From NCBI GenBank assembly GCA_963749075.1, contig CAVVLJ010000020.1, positions 831,924-895,923 of the forward strand: 64,000 nucleotides of DNA, read 5' to 3'. A program made the translations under genes and the position numbers. The stretch comes from an uncultured Pseudomonadota bacterium (GTDB lineage Bacteria; Pseudomonadota; Alphaproteobacteria; JACZXZ01). This document shows positions 58,838 through 64,000 of this stretch, piece after piece. Within the stretch, counting starts at the first letter, position 1; every line of letters begins with the position of its first letter. The notes under the pieces are model-generated. The model saw only the letters and a program-made list of their open reading frames with translations, was not told where the DNA came from and did no database searches.

Positions 58838-59635
58838 TCAAGGCGCGATGAGGCCGGCCGAGAGCGCCGGCTGGCTGTAGGGGAAGACGATCTCGGGGTC
58901 CGGCAGGACCGCGTGGTCCTTCTTGTCGGCGTAGTCGAGCCGGCTCAGCATGTCGCGGATCACGTTGAGGCGCGCGCGGCGCTTGTCGTCGGCGCGCACC
59001 ATGTGCCAGGGGCCCGCCGCGGTGTGGCTGCGCGCCAGCATCTCGTCGCGCGCGCGGCTGTAGTCCTTCCAGCGCGAAAGCGCCTGCAGGTCGATCTCGC
59101 TCGTCTTCCATTGCGTGAGCGGGTCGTGGGCGCGCGCCTTGAGCCGCCGCTTCTGCTCCTCCTTCGTGATGTCGAGATAGTATTTGAGGAGCTTGATGCC
59201 CGCGCGCACCAGGAGCTCCTCGAAAAGCGGCACGTCCTCCAGGAAGGCCTCGACCTCGGCCTTGCTGCAGAAGCGCATGACGCGCTCGACGCCGGCGCGG
59301 TTGTACCAGCTGCGGTTGAAGAGCACCATCTCCTGCGCCGCCGGGAAATGCGGCACGTAGCGCTGGAAGTACCAGGAGCTCTCGTCGCGGTCCGACGGCT
59401 TGCCGAGTGCCACCACGCGCACCTCGCGCGGCGAGAGATGCTGGGTGATGCGCTTGATGGTGCCGTCCTTGCCCGCCGCGTCGCGCCCCTCGAAGACGAC
59501 GAGGATGCGGTCGTCGTGCTTGATGATGTGCTTCTGCAGCTTGACGAGCTCGACCTGGAGCTTGTAGAGCGCCCGTCCGTAGGCGTCGCCGCCGAGCTTC
59601 TCCTCGTCCTCCCAGTCCTTCCGCCTTTTCGCCAT
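58838..59635 (-). CDS. ppk2: Polyphosphate kinase 2
   Basis: FEGRDAAGKDG Walker A, WYFQRY, FNRSWYNRAGVERVM, DDKRRARLN. Confidence 0.93.
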   Translation of the reverse strand: MAKRRKDWEDEEKLGGDAYGRALYKLQVELVKLQKHIIKHDDRILVVFEGRDAAGKDGTIKRITQHLSPREVRVVALGKPSDRDESSWYFQRYVPHFPAAQEMVLFNRSWYNRAGVERVMRFCSKAEVEAFLEDVPLFEELLVRAGIKLLKYYLDITKEEQKRRLKARAHDPLTQWKTSEIDLQALSRWKDYSRARDEMLARSHTAAGPWHMVRADDKRRARLNVIRDMLSRLDYADKKDHAVLPDPEIVFPYSQPALSAGLIAP

Positions 59636-59836
59636 CTCCGCCTCCCGGGTGGGCGCCGGGCGCGCAGCCCGCAGCGCCGCTGGCCATTCGGCCTCAATTA
59701 GGCGCAAAGCGGGCGCTCCGCAAGCGCCGCCGCTGCCGCCGGCCCGCGCCTATTTGAATCCGCCGCGCGCTCGTGCCATCATCGCGGCAACGCGAAAACG
59801 CGAAGGGTGCCGTCGTCACATTCCGGAGGACGTGTC

Positions 59837-60907
59837 ATGACCGAACGAAGCCGCCGCGCATTGAGCCGCCGGCAGGCTCTGGCCGCCGCATTGGCCGCCA
59901 CCGCGGCGCTCGCGGCGCCGGCGATCCGCGCGCGCGCGGACGCGAAGAAGCTCGTCTTCGCGACCTGGGGCGGCTCCTGGGAGAAGGCCATGCGCCACGC
60001 CTGGTTCGATCCCTTCACCAAGAAGACCGGCATCGAGGTGGCGACCGCGGGCGGCAACACCTACGGCAAGTTCCGCGCCATGGTCGAGGCCGGCAACGTC
60101 GAGTGGGACGTGGTCGAGGTCAATCCCGATTTCCAGTGGATCGGCGCCAAGGCCAACCTCCTCGAGAAGCTCGACTTCAAGACCATCGACACCGGCAAGG
60201 TCATGAAGGGCGCCAACCTCGTCACCGACTATTCGGTGCCCGAGGTGCTGTGGTCGCGCGTGCGCTTCCACAACACCAAGGCCTTCGCGGGCGACGCCTA
60301 TCCCAAGGACTGGGTCGAGGCGTGGGACGCGAAGCGCTTCCCGGGAAAGCGCACCTTCGCCTCCAAGGCCAATTCCGGCACCCTCGAGGCGGCCCTCATC
60401 GCCGACGGTGTCCCCATGGACAAGCTCTATCCGCTCGACGTGGAGCGCGCGCTCAAGAGCCTCTCCAGGATCCGCGACTCGATCGTGTGGGGCGAGACCA
60501 ACGCGCAGCTCGAGCAGTTCATGACCGACGGCCAGGCCGTCACCGGCCTCGTGCCCGACGGCCGCGCGCTATCCGTGATCGAGCACGGGGCGCCCGTCGT
60601 CATCGACTACGGGCAAAGCATGATGACCTGGTCGACGATGGTGGTGCCGCGCGGCGCGCCCAACCGCGAGGCCGCCATGCGCTTCCTCGACTACGCGCTC
60701 AGCCCCGAGGCGCAGGCCGCGATCGCCCTCGACTACACCTACGGTCCGGTGACGCCGGACGCCTACAAGCTCCTGCCGCCCGAGCGCGCCAAGATCCTCT
60801 CGGGCGGGCCGCAGCAGGCGGGCAAGTACTTCCTCGCCGACGAGAAATGGTGGGGCGAGAACCTGGCGGCGGTGACCGAGAAGCTCAACGCCTGGCGGCT
60901 CGCCTGA
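59837..60907 (+). CDS. Tat-exported PotD-like solute-binding protein
   Basis: SRRQAL twin-arginine signal; ATWGGSW; WDVVE; LEAALIADGV..LYPLDVERA. Confidence 0.88.
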   Translation: MTERSRRALSRRQALAAALAATAALAAPAIRARADAKKLVFATWGGSWEKAMRHAWFDPFTKKTGIEVATAGGNTYGKFRAMVEAGNVEWDVVEVNPDFQWIGAKANLLEKLDFKTIDTGKVMKGANLVTDYSVPEVLWSRVRFHNTKAFAGDAYPKDWVEAWDAKRFPGKRTFASKANSGTLEAALIADGVPMDKLYPLDVERALKSLSRIRDSIVWGETNAQLEQFMTDGQAVTGLVPDGRALSVIEHGAPVVIDYGQSMMTWSTMVVPRGAPNREAAMRFLDYALSPEAQAAIALDYTYGPVTPDAYKLLPPERAKILSGGPQQAGKYFLADEKWWGENLAAVTEKLNAWRLA

Positions 60908-60915
60908 GCGCCGCC

Positions 60916-62103
60916 ATGGCAGCACGGGAGGCGCCCGTCGCGATCCCCGCGGCCGAGTTCGCGCGGCGCCGCGAGCGGGCCGTGGCAGGCGCGCGCGCGG
61001 CCGGCCTCGACGGGCTCCTCGTCTGCGGCCGCGGCGGCGGGGCGCTCGACCGCTACGCCGACATCCTCTATCTCACGAACCACTATTCGCCCTTCCCCTA
61101 CATTCCCGATCTTGCGGGGAGCTGGACCGGGCGCGCCCATTCCTTCCTCCTCCTCCCCGTGGCGGGCGATCCGGCGCTCGTCGTCGACGTGCCCTACGTC
61201 GAGGCGATCGCCATGCCGGCGGCGCAGGTCACCATCGCCGATCTCGTCCTCGAGGAGGTGTGCGCCGCGCTCGGGCGCACCGGCCTCGCCAAGGGCCGCG
61301 TCGGGCTCGTGGGCGAGGACATCCTGCCGGTCAGCATGATGCGGGTCTTCGAGAGTGCCGCACCCGAGGCCCGCTTCGTCCCGGCCGGGCACATCCTCTC
61401 GGCTCTCCGCGCGGTGAAGTCGCCGGCCGAGATCGCGCGGCTCGCCGCCTCGGCGCGGCTCGGCTCGCGCATGATCGAGGCGATGATGGCGGCGGCCGAG
61501 CCGGGGGCGACCCACGGCGACGTGGTGGCGGCCGGGCTCCAGGTCCTCGTGCCCGCGGGCGGCATCCTCTACAACTCCTTCATGGCCTCGGGTCAGGGCG
61601 GCGAGGCGCCCACCGTGGTGCGCTCGAGCTTCCCCACCTGGGCCTCGCCCACGCCGCTCAAGGAGGGGCAGTGGCTCCGCCTCGGCATCTCGGGCGTGCT
61701 CGACGGCTATTATTTCGATGTCTCGCGCTCGCGCCCGATCGGGCGGCCGACCAACCGCCAGATCGACGCCTTCGAGGCCGCCATCGCCACGGTCGAGGAG
61801 GGCATCGCGGCGCTCGAGCCCGGCGTCGCCGCGGGCACGGTCGCGCGCGCCGGCCTCGGCAAGCAGGAGGCGCTCGGCTATCCGCTCAAGGGCGTCTTCT
61901 CCGGCTTGGGCCACGGCATCGGCCTCGGCTGGGACGAGCCGTGGCTGGTACCGCAAGAGACCATGAAGCTCGTCCCCGGCATGGTGCTCAACTTCGAGCG
62001 CACCCTCATGCAGGACGGCTATCTCGGCGACTTCGAGGAGACCGTGCTGCTCACGGAGAAGGGCGTCGAGCGGCTCACCGACGCGCGGACGCGCTTCTGG
62101 TAG
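60916..62103 (+). CDS. M24/creatinase-fold protein with non-canonical metal ligands
   Basis: EFARRRER N-terminal domain, LRAVKSPAEI, GYYFDVSRS, GHGIGLGWDEP, NFER, DFEET. Confidence 0.82.
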   Translation: MAAREAPVAIPAAEFARRRERAVAGARAAGLDGLLVCGRGGGALDRYADILYLTNHYSPFPYIPDLAGSWTGRAHSFLLLPVAGDPALVVDVPYVEAIAMPAAQVTIADLVLEEVCAALGRTGLAKGRVGLVGEDILPVSMMRVFESAAPEARFVPAGHILSALRAVKSPAEIARLAASARLGSRMIEAMMAAAEPGATHGDVVAAGLQVLVPAGGILYNSFMASGQGGEAPTVVRSSFPTWASPTPLKEGQWLRLGISGVLDGYYFDVSRSRPIGRPTNRQIDAFEAAIATVEEGIAALEPGVAAGTVARAGLGKQEALGYPLKGVFSGLGHGIGLGWDEPWLVPQETMKLVPGMVLNFERTLMQDGYLGDFEETVLLTEKGVERLTDARTRFW

Positions 62104-62104
62104 C

Positions 62105-62179
62105 TGGTGCCGGGTGAGGGATTTGAACCCCCGACCTTCGGTTTACAAAACCGCTGCACTACCCCTGTGCTAACCCGGC
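62105..62179 (-). tRNA. tRNA-Thr(TGT)
   Basis: Minus strand GCCGGGTTAGCACAGGGGTAGTGCAGCGGTTTTGTAAACCGAAGGTCGGGGGTTCAAATCCCTCACCCGGCACCA: acceptor stem GCCGGGT/ACCCGGC, TGT anticodon, GTTCAAAT T-loop, encoded CCA. Confidence 0.95.
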
Positions 62180-62499
62180 GTAGCGACTAAGTGAACCCGA
62201 ATGATCCGCGAACGGTCGCGTCATCGTGACTGAGCTTAGCCTAGCTTGGGCTTATACCGCGCGACGGTCGTTCCCCGCTAGTTCCACGGTCATGGCCGCC
62301 GTCTTGGCATCTAACCCTGCCGACCGCCTCACGAAGGCAGGAAAGTGGACCGCGCCCTCAGGGAAGCCAATGAAGATTTTTAATAAGCGATCAAGGCAAC
62401 CTATTTGACCAAATTTCTGATTTGCGCAACAATCTGCGTTAGAATAGCCTCAGACGAGTGCTACCCAAAAAGATTTGGCAGAAAGCCAGGGTCCCCTCC

Positions 62500-64000
62500 A
62501 TGCCCACAGACTCCGTTAAAAACCGCACTTTCAAAGACATCCTGGCCAGTACAGTCCGCTTCGAAATCCCCTTCTTTCAGCGCGGCTATGCTTGGGATAG
62601 GAAGCAGTGGGATCAGCTCTTCCTCGACCTTCAAGAGGAAGTTGTCTCTGAGCTTAACTCGGGCTCAGAGATGGTCGACGTGGAGCATTTTTTTGGTCCT
62701 ATTGTTGTCCTGGAAAAAATTGGTGGCACTGCGGAGTTAAAGGAATTTCTCGTGATCGACGGCCAGCAGCGGATAACAACCGTCTATTTGCTCTTGGGGA
62801 TTATTCAAGAGCAGCTCCGCGCGAAAAAGCACTTGTCGAGCGACGCTTTCGATCATTTGGCTAAGCTAGGCCGTTATCTGACAAACGACGTTTCTGGGAG
62901 TGACGATTACTTGAAGCTCAAGGTGTTCTCGTCGAAGGGCGACCGATTGCCTACTTACCGCGTGATCTTTGGTGGCGATGCGAACCCGCAAACACCAATG
63001 CTTCAGACTGATCTACAATTATATGTCCCCGGAAGGAATAGAGTTGACGAATTTCATAAGTATGCGCGAAAGAAGCTTGCGGCCAACTATGGCGACGTTC
63101 CTACACTTTGGCAATTGGCGCAGGCATTACTAAACTGTTTGAAGGTCGTGTGGATTCCTCTCGATCAAGAGAAGGACGATCCGCAGGCTATATTCGAAAG
63201 CCTCAACGACAAGGGAATACCACTAAGGGCAAGTGAGTTGCTCTGCAATTACCTTTTCCGCCCAATTATAGAGGCAAAAGAAAGCTTCGAAGATTTACAT
63301 AATACCCAATGGCTTGGGACCACTCGTCTTCTGGAAAATGATGACCACTTTGAGGAGTATCTTCGCAATCTCTTTTCTATCGGTGAGCCGAAAATGGTCG
63401 GAAAGCACCGCAAGGTATACATCCATTTCAAAGGAAAAAACCGCAATCTCAATGTTCCATCGGCGAAGCAGCACTTGGCGGAAATCTTCGCAGGTGCCTC
63501 GCTCTATCGCACGATCACGGAGCCAGCAGCATATCCGCATAAAGATGAGGACATTAACGGCCTGCTGATTTGTATCCGAAATACGCGGATGGAGTTTAGC
63601 ACACCGTTTGTGCTTTCGGTCCTGCGTGCCCATGCAAACGGAGCTTTGTCGCCAGGCGATACTTGTGCGATCCTGCATGAGACCCTGGTACTATTGGTGC
63701 GCAGGAAGATGACCGAATTGGCGACCACACAATATGATGTGATGTTTCCGCCCCTGCTTGGAAAAATAATAAATGAGCCAAACAAAATCAGAGCACTCCA
63801 GGAACAATTTAAGAAGTCTACAGTCTGGGTTTCAGACCAAGAGTTCGAGTACGCGCTGGTGCACAATCCGGCCTATCGGCCTCGCGATTGGCCTTCTCTA
63901 GAATGATACTCATTGAGATTGACAAGCGGCTGCAATCTCATGGCCAACTTCCAGATTACACCACGGTCAATACCATTGAGCACACCCTGCCACAAAATTT
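62500..64000 (+). CDS. DUF262-DUF1524 protein (GmrSD/SspE-like restriction/defence nuclease); frameshift near 63888, runs off the window
   Basis: IPFFQRGYAW, VIDGQQR, IFESLN (DUF262). Adding one T at GATTGGCC continues ..AFSRMILIEID..TIEHTLPQ (DUF1524 HNH-type motif). GC is markedly lower than the rest of the window. Confidence 0.85.

Noticed and set aside
62226-62740. Small ORFs 62226-62408 and 62405-62740
   Set aside because: No motifs or RBS; they overlap the tRNA upstream region and the DUF262 gene.

Overview
High-GC chromosomal window, most consistent with an alphaproteobacterium (inferred from gene families and intergenic repeat types). It holds surface-glycan genes (GT-C-like membrane proteins, GT2s, a SAM methyltransferase, Wzt), three Liv-type and one Pot-type ABC uptake operons, and aromatic/amine catabolic genes (gtdA, FAH, HCCA-isomerase-like, two LLM oxidoreductases, two atypical M24 enzymes, an M19 dipeptidase). 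It also holds an RND pump, AraC-alaX, ppk2 and tRNA-Thr(TGT), followed by a low-GC DUF262/DUF1524 (GmrSD/SspE-like) gene. The best candidates for novelty are: a stand-alone SLOG + tandem SLATT-like membrane protein; a secreted caspase-TonB_C-SEL1 fusion; an AraC regulator with matching 18-bp boxes upstream of the tRNA-editing gene alaX and an ABM gene; palindromic repeats between binding-protein and permease genes in all three Liv-type operons; and a lower-GC cassette bounded by an exact 15-bp direct repeat. Five single-base frameshifts in otherwise intact genes probably reflect assembly errors. No CRISPR array, rRNA, integrase or transposase was seen. All family assignments are by eye from motifs; no searches were run.
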